Assembly: GCA_030390025.1 (NCBI GenBank)
Contig: CM059426.1
Span: 121,024,001 to 121,088,000, forward strand
Direction of reading: 5' to 3'
From: Squalus acanthias
Taxonomy: Eukaryota
Length of the DNA stretch: 64,000 bases
The first letter of the stretch is position 1. Each line of letters begins with the position of its first letter. The notes under the pieces were generated by a model. The model did not search any database. It was not told the DNA's origin and worked only from the letters and a program-made list of their open reading frames with translations. This document shows, piece after piece, positions 13,520 through 26,385 of the stretch. The position numbers and the translations under genes were made by a program.

Positions 13520-13967
13520 GGTTGATTCCTGAGATGAGGGGGTTAACTTATGAAGAAAGGTTGGGCCTATACTCATTGGAGTTTAGAAGAATGAGAGGTG
13601 ATCTTATTGAAACATATAAGATACTGAGGGGGATTGACAAGGTAGATGCAGAGAAGATGTTTCCTCTCATAGTTTCAGAATAAGGGGTTGCCCGTTTAAA
13701 ACTGAGATGAGGAGGAATTTCTTCTCTCAGAGGGTCGTAAGTCTGTGCAATTCTCTGCCCCAGAGAGCTGTGAAGGCTGGGTCATTAAACACATTTAAGG
13801 TGGCGATAGACAGATTTTTGAACAATAAGGGAGTGAAGGGTTATGGGGAGCGGGCAGGGAAATGGAGCTGAGCCCAAGATCAGATCAGCCATGATCTCAT
13901 TAAATGGCGGAGCAGGCTCGAGGGGCCAAATGGCCTACTCCTGCTCCTATTTCTTATGTTCTTATGA
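13520..13967 (+). mobile_element. CR1 3' fragment inserted into a DeuSINE
   Basis: CR1 tail (ttcttatg)2; SINE sequence resumes at 13968 where it stopped at ~13497. Confidence 0.85.
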
Positions 13968-14842
13968 CCGGGCCTCGGTTTAACATCTCATCTGAAAGAT
14001 CTTAGGGCTCTTGGCTCTTAAATCAAGTGCCCAATGATGGCAGGTTCCTGGAACACCCACTACACCAAATTAAGGTGAGAATGCTCTCAGGTGCATATTC
14101 TCCCGAGGGGAAAAAGCTCTTTCAAGCCTCTGGAGATTAACTTTAGCTGGCAACTTCTCAATAAAATCGCTGGGTCAAAATCCTGGTCAAGTAGCTGGCT
14201 GACACTCACAGTCTGGGAGTACTCACTAACATTTTTTTGACGACAACAATCTCAAACAGTAAATTGCTCAAGCGATGATCTCACAAATTAATCATAAGGC
14301 AATTCCATTGAAACATTAAACCAAGAACTCAATTTTTATTTAATATTGGAAACTGTACACTGAACTTTTTCAACTACTTTTCCGAATTAATCAACATTTT
14401 TTTTCGTAAGCAAAAAGACAGGCTGGAGACCTACCTGCACAAAGCTCTACCTCAGCTTAGGCTCCCAGCAACAAGAAGCTCCATAACTTTCATTGCCATT
14501 AAGCATTCTTTTCAGTCCTCAGACCCAATCAAGACAATCCGAGAATGGGAAAGGGTTGCTTTTGGGAACCCATAACTGAAATACCACTCTGTGGAGGCAG
14601 GTCTCCAGCTTGCCTTCTTGGACAAAGAAACCATGTAGTACAGGGAGGCTACAGAAGGCAAAATAGGGGGGAAATATCTAATTTAATGTGGGTGCCTGAG
14701 CAGGCTGAGGCTCTGCCTTCCACCCACCTGGAATCTGATCTGTTCCACAGGCAGCATATGATGGAGAAATAATACATAGGAAGATCTTTAAAACTATGCA
14801 GGATCATCTAAAAATGTTGGAACAACCCTTAAGAAAATATAT

Positions 14843-14988
14843 CCTTTGGAAGCAGAGGATAATATAATATATCCTCATTTAAAAATTGATCGTAATGGGC
14901 ATCTGTTTTTGCATCATTAATTTAAAGGAGCTTTATGATTAATTTTTAAATGAGGGTATATTATATTATTTCCTCATGCCTCCAAAGG
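14843..14988. repeat. Imperfect inverted repeat (arms ~55 bp, loop ~35 bp)
   Basis: cctttggaagcagaggataatataatatatcctcatttaaaaattgatcgtaa ... ttatgattaatttttaaatgagggtatattatattatttcctcatgcctccaaagg. Confidence 0.85.
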
Positions 14989-15253
14989 CAGCCAATTTGT
15001 TATAGACCAATTTTCATTTCAGGTAAACCAGCCTGCTTACTTTGATGAGCTCCGTGTCTGATTTGATATCTGACTAACATGTCAAATAGTTGAGTCTCAG
15101 GAACAAACCTTTGAGACTATTATGCATCTACAAACTTCACATAAATCCAACATTTCAAATCAAGGAAAAGATTTATGCTGCAATTAACAACATCCCTCTA
15201 GGAAGCTAGTTGGTGAGACTCCCTGCCCACCCACCCCCCAGAAATGTATGTTA

Positions 15254-15612
15254 AGAACATAAGAAGTAAGAGCAGGATTAGGCCATATGGCCCCTCGAGC
15301 CTGCTCCGCCATTCAATAAGATCATGGCTGATCATCGACCTCAACTCCACTTTCCTGCCCGATCTCCATATCCCTTGATTCCCCTAGAGTCCAAAAATCT
15401 ATTTATCTCAGCCTTGAATATACTCAACGACTCAGCATTCACAGCCCTCTGGGGCAGAGAATTTCAAAGATTCACAACCCTCTGAGTAAAGAAATTCCTC
15501 CTCATCTCAGTCGTAAATAGCCGACCCCTTATCCTGAGACTATGCCCCCTAGTTCTAAACACTCCAGCCAGGGGAAACAACCTCTCAGCATCTACCCTGT
15601 CAATCCCCTTCA
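15254..15612 (-). mobile_element. CR1 3' fragment
   Basis: Closely similar to 77-430. Confidence 0.85.
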
Positions 15613-15630
15613 CGTTATTCTAGACTGTCT

Positions 15631-15740
15631 GGGGTAGATCTTCAACTTCCAATGGAAATAAAAATCAGCCGGTTTTTACAAAGGACGGCAAATTTGCAAT
15701 GCCAGTTTTATGCTCTGGCGGTGAGTTAAAAATCTGCCCC
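15631..15740. mobile_element. 110-bp Harbinger-type MITE
   Basis: TIRs GGGGTAGATCTTCAACT / AGTTAAAAATCTGCCCC; flanks TCT/TAT. Confidence 0.6.
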
Positions 15741-16019
15741 TATTTGTGTATTGTTTTAACTCACTTCCCCTACATAAAGTCAAAAGAATTCCTTTTAGGA
15801 AGCAGAGATTACATCTGCATGTCAGTGTGTTTTTTCTTCAAACCATGTTGGGGTAGCATGGTGAAGCATGAATATACTGTGCCATTGTGTGAATTTGCAG
15901 CTGCAATTTTACACATCACAAGTTCCAAATCTTAGTTGTGTCACTGGAGGTGTTGAGGGGACACTACTGGGCATGTCTACACAGGGAGGGACAATTACTC
16001 TGGGCTACTTTTCATGCAC

Positions 16020-18940
16020 CCAGCGAGGTGCTGGCCACAATCTTCCAATCCTCCTTAAATACAGGGGTAGTGCCAAAGGACTGGATGATTGCAAATGTTA
16101 CACCCTTGTTCAAAAAAGAGGGGAAGGATAAACCTGGCAATTACCGGACAGTCAGTTTAACATTGGTGGTGGAGAAGCTCTTAGAAACAATAATCCAGGA
16201 GAAAATTAACAGCTACTTGGACAAGCATGGAATAATAAAATAGAGCGAGCATGGATTTGTTAAGGGTTAGGGGACTAACTTGATTGAGTTTTTTGATGGG
16301 GTAATGGAGAGGGTGGATGAGGGCAGTGCAGTTGATGTTATGCATTAGGACTTTCAAAAGGCGTGAGATAAAATATCATATAATAGGGTTGTTAGCAAAA
16401 TTGAAGTTGATGGGATAAAAGGGGCAGTAGCAACATGGATAGAAAATTGGCTAAGGGATAGAAAACAGAGTTGTGCTGAATGGCTGTTTTTCAGACTGGA
16501 GGGAAGCATACAGTGGTGCTCCCCAAGGTTCAGTACTAGGACCACTGCTGTTTTTGGTATACATAAATGACTTGGACTTGGGGGTACAGGGCACAATTTT
16601 GAAATGTGCAGATGACACGAAACTTGGAAGTGCAGTAAACAGTGAGGAAAATAGTAATCGACTTCAAGAAGACATAGACAGGCTGGTGGAATGGGCGGAC
16701 ACATGGCAGATGAAATTCAAAACAGAAAAGTGTGTGGTGAAACATTTTGGTAGGAAGAATGAGGAGAGACCATACACATTAAATGGTACAATTTTAAAGG
16801 GGGTGCAAGAACAGAGACCTGGGGGTGTTTGTGCACAAATCTTTGAAGGTGACAGGACAGGTTAACAAAGCAGTTAATAAAGCATATGGAATCCTGGGCT
16901 TTATAAATAGAGGCATAGGGGGCGATTTTCCCAATGGAGGCGGGTTTCGGTTTGGGTGGGTTCCAAACCCGCCTCCACTGAGAGGTGGGAAAAATTTGCG
17001 ATTTTCCCCTAATTGGCCAGTTGATTTCAGAGGTGTGGGTTCCCCTGGACCAATTAGTGTTTTGGGACTGAAACTTGCCTCTGCTGACGTCACTTATCCA
17101 GCTTCATTTAAAGGCTGCTTGCTGCCTTGTCTCATTCCACTGGTTTTTGGTCGATGCTGCACCACCTCCAAGCTGTTATCTCCTTGAAGAATGGCCAGCT
17201 CCAAGGCAAGGGCCTCCCCGAGGTTCTCGGATGAGGCGCTGGGTATGCTGGTTGAGGGGGCGAGAGCTAGCAGGGAGGTGCTCTTCCCCTCATCTGGGAG
17301 GAAGAGGCCTCCCAAAGAAACCAAGGCTGTGTGGGTCCAGCTGGCAAGGGATATAACCTCCAGATCTGTGTGCAGATTGGGTGATTGATTCTGTTTATTG
17401 ATGAAATGCCATCGCTGCGGGAATGTATTAAAATTAGGTGATGGCAAACTGTTGGCGTGATGGCATCTGTTATTTCGGCTGAGGAAGCTCCACATTGTGT
17501 GCTCCGCGACACTTGCATGGTCAGGTTGGTGGTCAGAGTGAAAGGAGGCCAGAGAGTCATGTCCATTGTCTATCATGTGTTAAGAAGGAGCCAAGCACAT
17601 GTGCCATAATGGGCAACCTATGCAAATCTGGCCAGGATGAGTGCATTCCTTGCATGACATGCTTCCATGCGCTGGCGCCTTCTGCCCTGTGCAGCATCAG
17701 GTGGGTGAGCAGGAGGTTGACGCTCCTGCTGCTGTTGCTGTTGAGCTGCCTGGTTCTACTGCTGCCGTGGCTGCTCTTCATCCGAATCTGAGGTCCATGG
17801 TGAAAGGAAATAAATGGTTTCCATGCTGCTGGCAGATACCTCCGTTGGGGAAGCGCTCAGTCTAAGTGGGGAGAGGCTCTTCCAAGGAGGTCCCACAGTT
17901 GAGAGATAGAAGCTGCAGCACCTCCGACTTCGGTAGGCTTGCTAAAAGTGCTGAAAGACCTTTGGAACCAAAGTTCTGCCGCCTGCAACTGCTCCCTGAT
18001 GAAAGCTCCGTTTTAATGGTGGAGCTGCAGCTGTGAGGAGGCCACCCACTTGTCAACCCACCAGGATTAGCTGGCGTGGTTTAGGAGGGTCGTGCAACAC
18101 ATTGAAAATGTGGTAAAATAACAAAGGCCTGTCAAAATAGGATTATAGAGGGCCTTAACTACTATTTAAGGGTCTTAACTACCTCTCCCGACTGATGGAG
18201 GCTGGACCGAATCGCACCCATCAAACCCGCCTCCGGCAAAATTGCGTGGAGGCGGGTTCCAAACCCACCCTCAGTTTTTGCCATTTTGCCAACTGTCCTG
18301 CCTCCTCGGGGCTGGGAAAATCACCCCCAGAGAGTACAAAAGCCAGGAAATTATGCTAAACCTATGTAAAACACTAGTTCGTCCCCAGCTGGATTATAGG
18401 ATCCAATTCTGGGCACCACACTTCAGGAAGGACGTGAAGGCTTTGGAGAGGATACAGAAGAGATTTACTAGAATAGTGCCAGAGATGAGGGACTTCAGCT
18501 ACATGGAGAGACTAGAGAAGCTGGGGTTGTTCTCCTTGAAGCAGTGAAGGCTAAGAGGAGATTTGATAGAGATGTTTAAAATCATGAAGGGATTAGACAG
18601 AATAAATAAAGAGAAACTGTTTCCAATGGCTGAAGGGTCAATAAGGAGAGGGCACAGATTAAAGGTGATTGGCAAAAGAACCAGAGGCGACATGAGGAAA
18701 AGGTTTTTTAGGCAATGAGCAGTTAAGATTTTGAATGCACTGTCTGACAGGGTGGTGGATACAGATTCAATAGTAGCCTTCAAAAGGGAATTGGATAAAT
18801 ACTTGAAGGAGGAAAAATTGCAGGGTTATGGGGAAAGAGCGGGGAATGGGACTAACTGGATTACTCTTCGAAAGAGCTGACGCAGACTCGATGGGCCAAA
18901 TGGCCTCCTTCTGTGCTGTACTATTCTATGATTCTATGAT
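16020..18940 (+). mobile_element. CR1 ORF2 (RT) and 3' end, disrupted, split by a Harbinger insertion at 16918-18328
   Basis: [50 protein letters not shown]; reading resumes after the insertion (aggcata...gagtacaaaagc). Confidence 0.9.
16918..18328 (+). mobile_element. Non-autonomous PIF/Harbinger element carrying a Myb/SANT-like (NAIF1/MSANTD-type) gene remnant
   Basis: TIRs GGGGGCGATTTTCCCA / TGGGAAAATCACCCCC (15/16); TSD ATA/AGA; ORF 17191-17388 RFSDEALGMLVEGARASREVLFPSSGRKRP...W..LA. Confidence 0.85.
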
Positions 18941-19254
18941 TTATGGACCAGCTTCATCAGAGGTTTGGACCCAGTTTACATGCCTGAGGAGTGGAAAGAA
19001 AAATATAACTTACAACTCCTACCCCCCATAATTTATTTGTGAAAATATCATCCTTATGCTACTGGACTTGTTTACATGAGTAGAATTTTAAATCGAGTTA
19101 GGAATACCGCTCTGCAAGTCTGTAGAGATATTTCACAAAAACTATAAATCAAAAAAACAGAATGTTGAATATCCGACATTTTCTGCATTCTACACCTGTT
19201 ATGGATCAAGTGTGTCTGTGTGAAGGCTCGCAGAGGACAGGATCGAGTGTGTAC

Positions 19255-19925
19255 GTGTCAGAGCAGTGGGAGGCATTCAAGGAGGAGATAGTGAAGGTTC
19301 AGAGCAGGTATGTTCCTACAAAGTTAAAGGGTGGGACTCCCAAATCTAGAGCCCCCTGGATGTCAAGGAGTGTACAGGGTAGGATAAGGCAAAAAAGGGA
19401 AGCTTTTGTCAGATACCGAGAGCTAAATACTGCAGAAAGCCAAGAGGAGTATAAAAAGTGCAGGGGTGAAATTAAAAAATAAATTTGGAAAGCAAAGAGA
19501 GGGCATGAAAAAATATAGGCAAGTAAAATCAAGAAAAACCCAAAGATGTTTTATAAATACATAAAGAGCAAGAGGATAACTAAGGAAAGAGTAGGGCCTA
19601 TTAGAGACCAAAAAGGTAACCTGTGTGTGGAGGGGGAAGACATGGGTATGGTTCTTAATAAATGCTTTGCGTCTGTCTTCACAAAAGAGAGGGACGATGC
19701 AGACATTACAATTAAGGGCGTGGAGTGTGAAATATTAGATGAGATAAATATAGTGAGAGAGGAAATATTAAGGGGTTCAGCATCTTTGAAAGTAGATAAA
19801 TCGCCAGGCCCAGATGAAATGTATCCCAGGCTGTTAAGAGAAGCAAGGGAGGAAATAGTGGAGTCTCTGACCATCATTTTCCCATCCTCTTTAGCTACTG
19901 GCGTGATGCCAGAGGACTGCTAACG
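19255..19925 (+). mobile_element. CR1 ORF2 internal fragment
   Basis: PWMS...KENPK.FYKYIKSKR...FASVFTKE...KSPGPDEMYPRLLRE. Confidence 0.85.
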
Positions 19926-21339
19926 GGAATTGGAAAAGAATTACGCCGGTGGGTAATTCCTCCGCGTTTAGTGTTCAGGCACATTGTTGAGGCACAGCTG
20001 AGCTAAGTTCTTGATACTGGAACTGCTGTAAGTGGAAATATTATATTTCCTGCCACTGACATTCTTCACCTTGACGACTCACAATTGGCCCTGGCATTAG
20101 CAAGTAGGAATACATGGTTTTGTATCCAGTTCTATTCCAAGCCGCTGGATATCAATTCCCCCTCTGTCAGTTATTATTTTGAGAGTGTGCTTTAATTCAA
20201 GATATAAAGTTAATTGGAGTAAGCTGGAAATAATTCTCAATGGAAGTAACTATGAGGAGATAATTGTAAATGGACTCAGTGATAGGTTACAACATTGTTT
20301 CACAGCATTGTTTCACAAAGACTGCTTGCATAATGATTTAACCCTAGAACACGCACAATTTCTTTAGCAGAGTACCAAGCATTTAATATTTTACACAATG
20401 GGAAAAAACATACTTCCATTCCACCACACACTACCAAGGATCAGAGAGATGCACGTGCTGTAAGACTGCACAATCACATTCCCTCCTACACTATTCGGGA
20501 CTGGATGATCACGTACACCGGGACACTGCATAGTCCCATCCTTTATTAGTGATGCTCAGTGGCAGTGAGTAAAGCAAATCAGACGTTGGCATGCATTAAA
20601 AGGTCAATATTGAGCCACAATAGGAGGTAATTCTACCACTTTATAAATCTGTTCACAAACTCGCCGTCCTATTTGACCCCGAGCTGAGCTTACGATCCCA
20701 TATCCACATCACCAAGACAGCCTGCTTCCACCTCCGTAACATCGCCAGTCTCTGCCCCTTCCTCAGTCCATCTGCTGCTGAAACCCTCATCCATGCCTTT
20801 GTTACCTCCAGACTTGACTATTCCAATACTCTTCTGGCTGGCCTCTCACCTACCACCCTCCGTAAATTTGAGTTCATCAAAACTCTGCTTTCTGTATCCT
20901 AGTCCCGCTCATCCAACCCCCCTGATGATTGAGAGGATCATAGATTTACCATGGGCTCAGTGAAATAATGTTTCCAGTTTTTGAATTTACTCCCCTTCAA
21001 GCGCAGGCCGTGTCCTTTGGTTCTACTATCCTGGACAAGGTGAAATGGCTTGTAAGTCTACTTTATCTAGTCCCTATAGAATCCTACAAACAGTGATCAT
21101 ATCACCTCTCAGCCTTCTCTTTTCCAGTGAGAAAATGCACAATTTACATAATCGTTCCTCATAATCCAATCCCACTATCCCTCAATTATTCTGGTTTCTC
21201 TCTGAATCTGTATCTTCTGTATCCTTTCAATAGCTGCAATAACCTTTTTGTACTGTGGCAACCAGAACTGTAACAACTTCGCTGTAGTTCCATCCCACAT
21301 GAAATGAACCAGGAAAAAAAAGGTCATATTTTGCAGTTC

Positions 21340-21890
21340 AACAACATCTTGCATTTATTTACCGCATTTAACGTAATAAAATGTCCCAAGGCGCTTCATA
21401 GGGGCGTTATCAGACAGAATTTGACACTGAGCCCAATAAAGAGATATTAGGATGGGCGAACAAAAGCTTGGTCAAAGAGGTAAGTTTTAACAAGCGACTT
21501 AAAGGTCGGAGGTAGAGGCATTGAGATTTAGGGAGGGAATTCCAGAGCTTAGGGTCTTGGCAGCTGAAGGCACGGCCACCAATGGTGGAGCGATGAAAAT
21601 CAGGGATGCGCAAAAGGCCAGAATTGGAGGAGCGCAGAAATCTTGGAGGGTTTTAGGGCTGGAGGAGGTTACAGGGATAGGGAGGGACGAGGCCATGGAT
21701 GGATCTGAACACAAGGATGAGAATGTTAAATTCACGGCATCGGTGGACCGGGAGCCAATGTAGGTCAGCGAGCACAGGTGTGATGGGTGAACGGGACTAG
21801 GTGCAAAGTAAGATAGTAGAGCTTTGGATGAGCCCAAGTTTATGAAGGGCCGAAGGCTGGCCTGGAGACCATTGTAATAGTCGAGTCTGG
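21340..21890 (-). mobile_element. L2 LINE 3' fragment (another at ~20650-20920 on +)
   Basis: RLDYYN...STIGGRAFS...P.LWNSLP; tail aataaatgcaagatgttgttg. Confidence 0.8.
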
Positions 21891-22886
21891 TACGCTGCAG
21901 TTCAGATAGCAGTATTCTATTATGTGGAGGATCTGAAATGCAATTCCCTGGGCCAGCAGCTAAAGGAGGAGGAGAACTGATCTGCTGGTTCATACCCCTC
22001 CACTGTCATCACCACCTGCTCCTGATTACTATACCTGTGATTCATTTGTTGTTCTCAATAAACTTATTATCTAAATCACCTGTGCTGGTACATGCAGCAG
22101 GTAGTGAGTAATGCAGGCTTATTGGAAAGCATTGAACATTGTGTCTGTTTCATGTGAGATGCTTATAGTTCTCTTGACCAACCTGAACATACTTAGGTGT
22201 CCTTTTACAAGCACCAAGATCTCAACACTACTTGCAGAAGGTGGCACACAATAGAATGAAGCAGATGCACACAGGAGGGCCCAGCAACATCAAGCCCTTG
22301 AGTGTTTGAGGAAGCCTCGCCGGAGGCGAATGACATGTAGAGCATAGCGTGGGGGTTGGGTGAAGTTGGAGGCTCCCTGAAGGTCAAGGCTGGAACTCAT
22401 GGGCCTAGAAATTGGAGGTATTGGTGCTGGCCATTAAGGCCTGTTTTGGTGAAAAAATGGAGGCCGCCTCACTTCTGCCGTGTCCCGCGCAACCGGCATT
22501 TTTGGCAGGTCGGCAGCACTGCCGATGTCTGCGCTCACTGGAGACATGTAGATTATGCAGATTGTGACGTCAGTGAGTGTGCAATGCTCACTTGACACTC
22601 GATCTGCCATTTTCGAGTTCACCGCTCCACTTACCGGCCTGTGTTAATCACGACCAGCTGACCAAGCGTTCACTAGCAGGACGGAGCCTCCAGCAGCGCT
22701 GGTTAAAGGGATCATCAGCAACAACTTGCAGCTGACATGCTTTATCAGTTGGACTGCCTCTATGTAACTTTTTGCAACTCTTGCAGCTTTCTACACTTGT
22801 TTCAAGTTCCTTAGGTGACAGGGAGTGTTGGTGCAACACCTTCAATCTTATTTAAAGGCTTCTGCTCACAACACTTGCTCACAGTC

Positions 22887-23897
22887 ATGGGGACTCTAGT
22901 TGCAGTCCTCCTCGCGTATCTTCGGGAGAGGGAGCGGAGGCAGCGAAGAAGAGAAGATGCGCGCAGAGGGAGGAGGAGGAGGGCCAGGAGGGTTCGCACC
23001 AGGAGGCATTACCCACCTAGGGTTTTCCGAGAGCATTTCTCTCATCTCCACTTAAGCGAGGAGCAGTGTATTAGGAGGCTCCGCTTCACCAAGGAGGTGG
23101 TCACAGAACTCTGCCACCTCCTGCAACCAGACCTGCAGCCTCAGAGCAGGGCGACCACGGCTCTCCCAGTGGCCCTCAAGGTCACTGTAGCGCTCAACAG
23201 AAGCTCTCTACACCAGGAGAAGGGACTGCATTGACTTCTTTCTGAACAGAGAAGAGGAGCACGCACGTGGCTTTGCCAGGATAGCAGGCTTCCCCCTGGT
23301 GCAGGGCGCCATCAACTGCACCCACGTGGCTTTGCAGGCGCCGTATACCAATCCTGAGATCTTCTGTAACTGCAAAAGCTACCACTCACTTAATGTGCAG
23401 TTGTTCTGCAACTACACCCGGCGTATTCTGATGGTCAATGCCCACTATCCTGGCAGGAGCCATGATGCCTTCATCCTGCGCCAGTCCTGTGTGCCAGCAA
23501 TCTTCCAGCCACCACATCAAACCCGAGGGTGGCTGTCAGAGACGAGGGCAATCCACTGTGCAGCTGGCTGATGACTCCCCTCCGCAACCCCACAACTCCT
23601 GCCCAGCACTCATATAATAAGAGCCATGCTGCCACCAGGAACATCATAGAGCAGACCATCGGGCTGCTGAAGCAACGGTTCCGCTGCCTTGATCGCTCGG
23701 GAGGAGTCCTCCAGTACACGCCGGAGCGGGTGTCCCGTTTCGTGGTGGTCTGCTGCATGCTCCACAACTTAGTCATCATGAGGACGCAGGTCTTGCCAGC
23801 AGAGATTGCGGGACCACCTCAGGAGGAGGAGGAGGGAGAGGAGGAAGGGAGGAGGCAGGCAGTAAATGCCTCATCAGACTCCAATTCGTGTGAATGA
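22887..23897 (+). pseudogene. Harbinger DDE transposase (HARBI1-like), frameshifted and internally deleted
   Basis: YPPRVFREH...CIRRLRF...KVTVALN; GAINCTHV; YHSLNVQL; PGRSHDAFIL; YNKSHAATRNIIEQTIGLLKQRFRCLD; CCMLHN. First catalytic Asp reads Asn. Confidence 0.88.
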
Positions 23898-24111
23898 AAC
23901 CCCAGATCCCCGTTGCTCACCACATCCCCATCATACCATCCCTCTGTCACGGAATATCCCAGCATCCTCCTGGGCACAAAGCTGAAATGAGAGCCACGAC
24001 AAAACAAACATTCCAAACAAAATTAATAAATTTCAGTATTCAATCAACATTACAATATGAACTAATCGCCCTTGTGCAATCCCTTAGTGCCTGTCGTTCG
24101 TGTGCCATTTG

Positions 24112-25592
24112 CTAGTCTAGTGCTCCCCCAATGGCTGCAGCAGGGCTGGTGGAAGGCTGCTGAGTTTCCACAGGGGAGACTTCAGATGGCCTTGCAGGAC
24201 AGCCTCGACCAGCTGTGGACCTAGAAGGCCCAGCTGTAGACTGCACCACCTCGGCATGGGCGGCAACAGTCTGGGCTGGCTGACAGGCAGCAGCAAGAGC
24301 AGTGGTGGGAACAGGAAGGCTATCACTGGTAAACCCAGTGACGACGGCAGCAGTCTGAGCCTGCAGAAGAGCAGTCTGTGCTTCCACTCCAGCACTGAGA
24401 CGTTGGGTCGTTTCTGCCTGTGCTGCAATGGAAGCCACGACATCGCCCATCACACACAGCCTGAGCTCCAAGCTCTGCGCAAAAGCTCCGTCCAATGTTT
24501 GAGCCGGACTCCTCCATGCTCCTGACATTGCCAAGAGGCTGTCTGGCTCATCGAGGTCATCATCTGAGTCGTGAGCAGCAGAACTCGTGCGCGATCTCAC
24601 CCTCCGGGGAGCTGGCCCCCCGGGCTACCCTTTACACCTGGCCTTGCTGCAGCCCACTCGTGCCCAGTGCCTCACCATGTGCAGATCCAGCATCTATACT
24701 ACCCTCTACATTCCGTGCAGTGCCAGTTTCTGAGCTGCTGTCTGAGAGTGTCAGATGCAGTGACGGTGTGTCGTTTTCTTCTTCTCCACTCTCCACTATG
24801 ACTTCGGGGACAGGCTGGCCTCCTGGCAGTTCTTGGTTATCTGAAAGCAGAAAGGCACAAGAGATTGTGGGATGAGGGGAAGTGGGATGTGAGAATGATT
24901 AGGAATGAGCAGACCGTCATTGTCAGCAAGGGCTTTAACTTCGCCCATTGCCACGGCCTCGGTGACTTCCCCCTCCAATGATGTTCAGCACCATCTCCTC
25001 CAGTTGGTTCAAGGTCTCTAAAGTGGCTTGGCCACCTCCTGTCTGCCATTGCTCCCGGTGGTTGTGAGCCTCCTTGGCCTGCAAGAGAAAGGGAAGTGTG
25101 TCAGTGAGTGTAGTGCAATGTGTTTGGGTGATGTGCCTGCCATAGTTGCATAGCTGTCAGTGTGTGCAAGGTGTGAGATGTGGGTGAGTGTTGCAGCAGT
25201 GGTAAGGCTGTGAGGGTGAAGTGAAGCCATGATTGTGAAGTATGAGTGGTGATAGGCAGAGATTATTGGTAGGTGACTGATGGGGGTGTGGTGCATTGAG
25301 CAGTGTGTGAGGCTTGCGGTGCAGGTGGTGGGATATGGCATTTGCTGAAGCCTTCACTCACCTTGACCTGCCATGTGAGGTCATTAAACCTCTTTCGGCA
25401 CTGTATCTGCATGACACTGTTGGCCATGACATGGGCAGCTATCTCTTGCCAGAGCCTTCTGCAAGTGGGCTATCATGGCATCCTACCAACCTGTGGGAAC
25501 AGGACAACCTGCCTTCTCTCCACTGCCAAGACCAAGGCCTCGAGAGCTGCATCCGAGAAACTTTTGGCTCTTTCTCTGTGTTGCTGTACCAT
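24112..25592 (-). pseudogene. Harbinger Myb/SANT-like DNA-binding gene (intron-containing, degraded)
   Basis: RERAKSFSDAALEALVLAVERRQVVLFP Myb_DNA-bind_5-like motif; low-complexity C-terminus homologous to 55771-56157. Confidence 0.75.
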
Positions 25593-25934
25593 GGCTTCAG
25601 ACTGCATTGGCAATGAGGTGCTGCTGCATCGAAACACTACCCTTTTATGTAGTGGAGAGAGATTATGCCAAACATTACTGGCCATATTGGTTGCGTTTAT
25701 TTCCAATACCAGATTTCTGTTTGGTCACCTTGGAGGACAAGGCCTGATTTCTGATTGGTCCCCTTGGAGGACAAGACACAAGTTTATCTGAAATGTGTAA
25801 TTAGATCCTGCCTGCCTAAGTAATCAAGTAATCATAATTTGAGCCATTCTGACTGCCAGGCTCCAGACAGAACAGAACAGACAGAGCTCACAGAACAGAT
25901 AGGGCTCACCCTCGTGGGTTAAGGCCTTCTCCCA

Positions 25935-26385
25935 CCCCCCAAACAAGTTCCTGACCCCACACCGCCCCCCAACAAGTTCCTAACCTTCCTCCCATCCCCA
26001 AGTTTCTGACCTTTTTCCTCCCAACAAGTTCCTGACCTCCCCTCCCCGAGTTCCTGATCACCTCCCCCTGCCCAAGTTCCTGAGCTTCTCTCCACACCCC
26101 CCCCCCCACCAGGGTTCCTGATCTTCTACCCCCCCAGGGTTCCTGACCTTCTCCCCCTGCCCAACTCCCCCACCCCCGGTTCCTGACCTTCTCCTCCCCG
26201 TGCCCAAGTTCCTGACCTTCACAACCCCCAGGGTTCCTGACCTTCTCACCCTGCACAACTCCCGCCCCCCAGGTTCCTGACCTCTCCCACCCCCCCCAGT
26301 TCCTGACCTTCTTCCCCCACCCTAAGTTTATAAGTTTCCCCCCTCCCCGGGTTCCTGACCTTCTCCTCCAACAAGTTTCTGTCGT
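25935..26385. repeat. Minisatellite, ~15 units of ~25-40 bp (core cccc-aag/ggg-TTCCTGACCTTCT)
   Basis: Recurring gttcctgacc core with poly-C spacers. Confidence 0.85.

Noticed and set aside
22887-23897. Domesticated HARBI1/NAIF1 host genes (also 56290-57408)
   Set aside because: Frameshifts, deletions, catalytic substitutions and flanking TIRs/TSDs show these are dead transposons.
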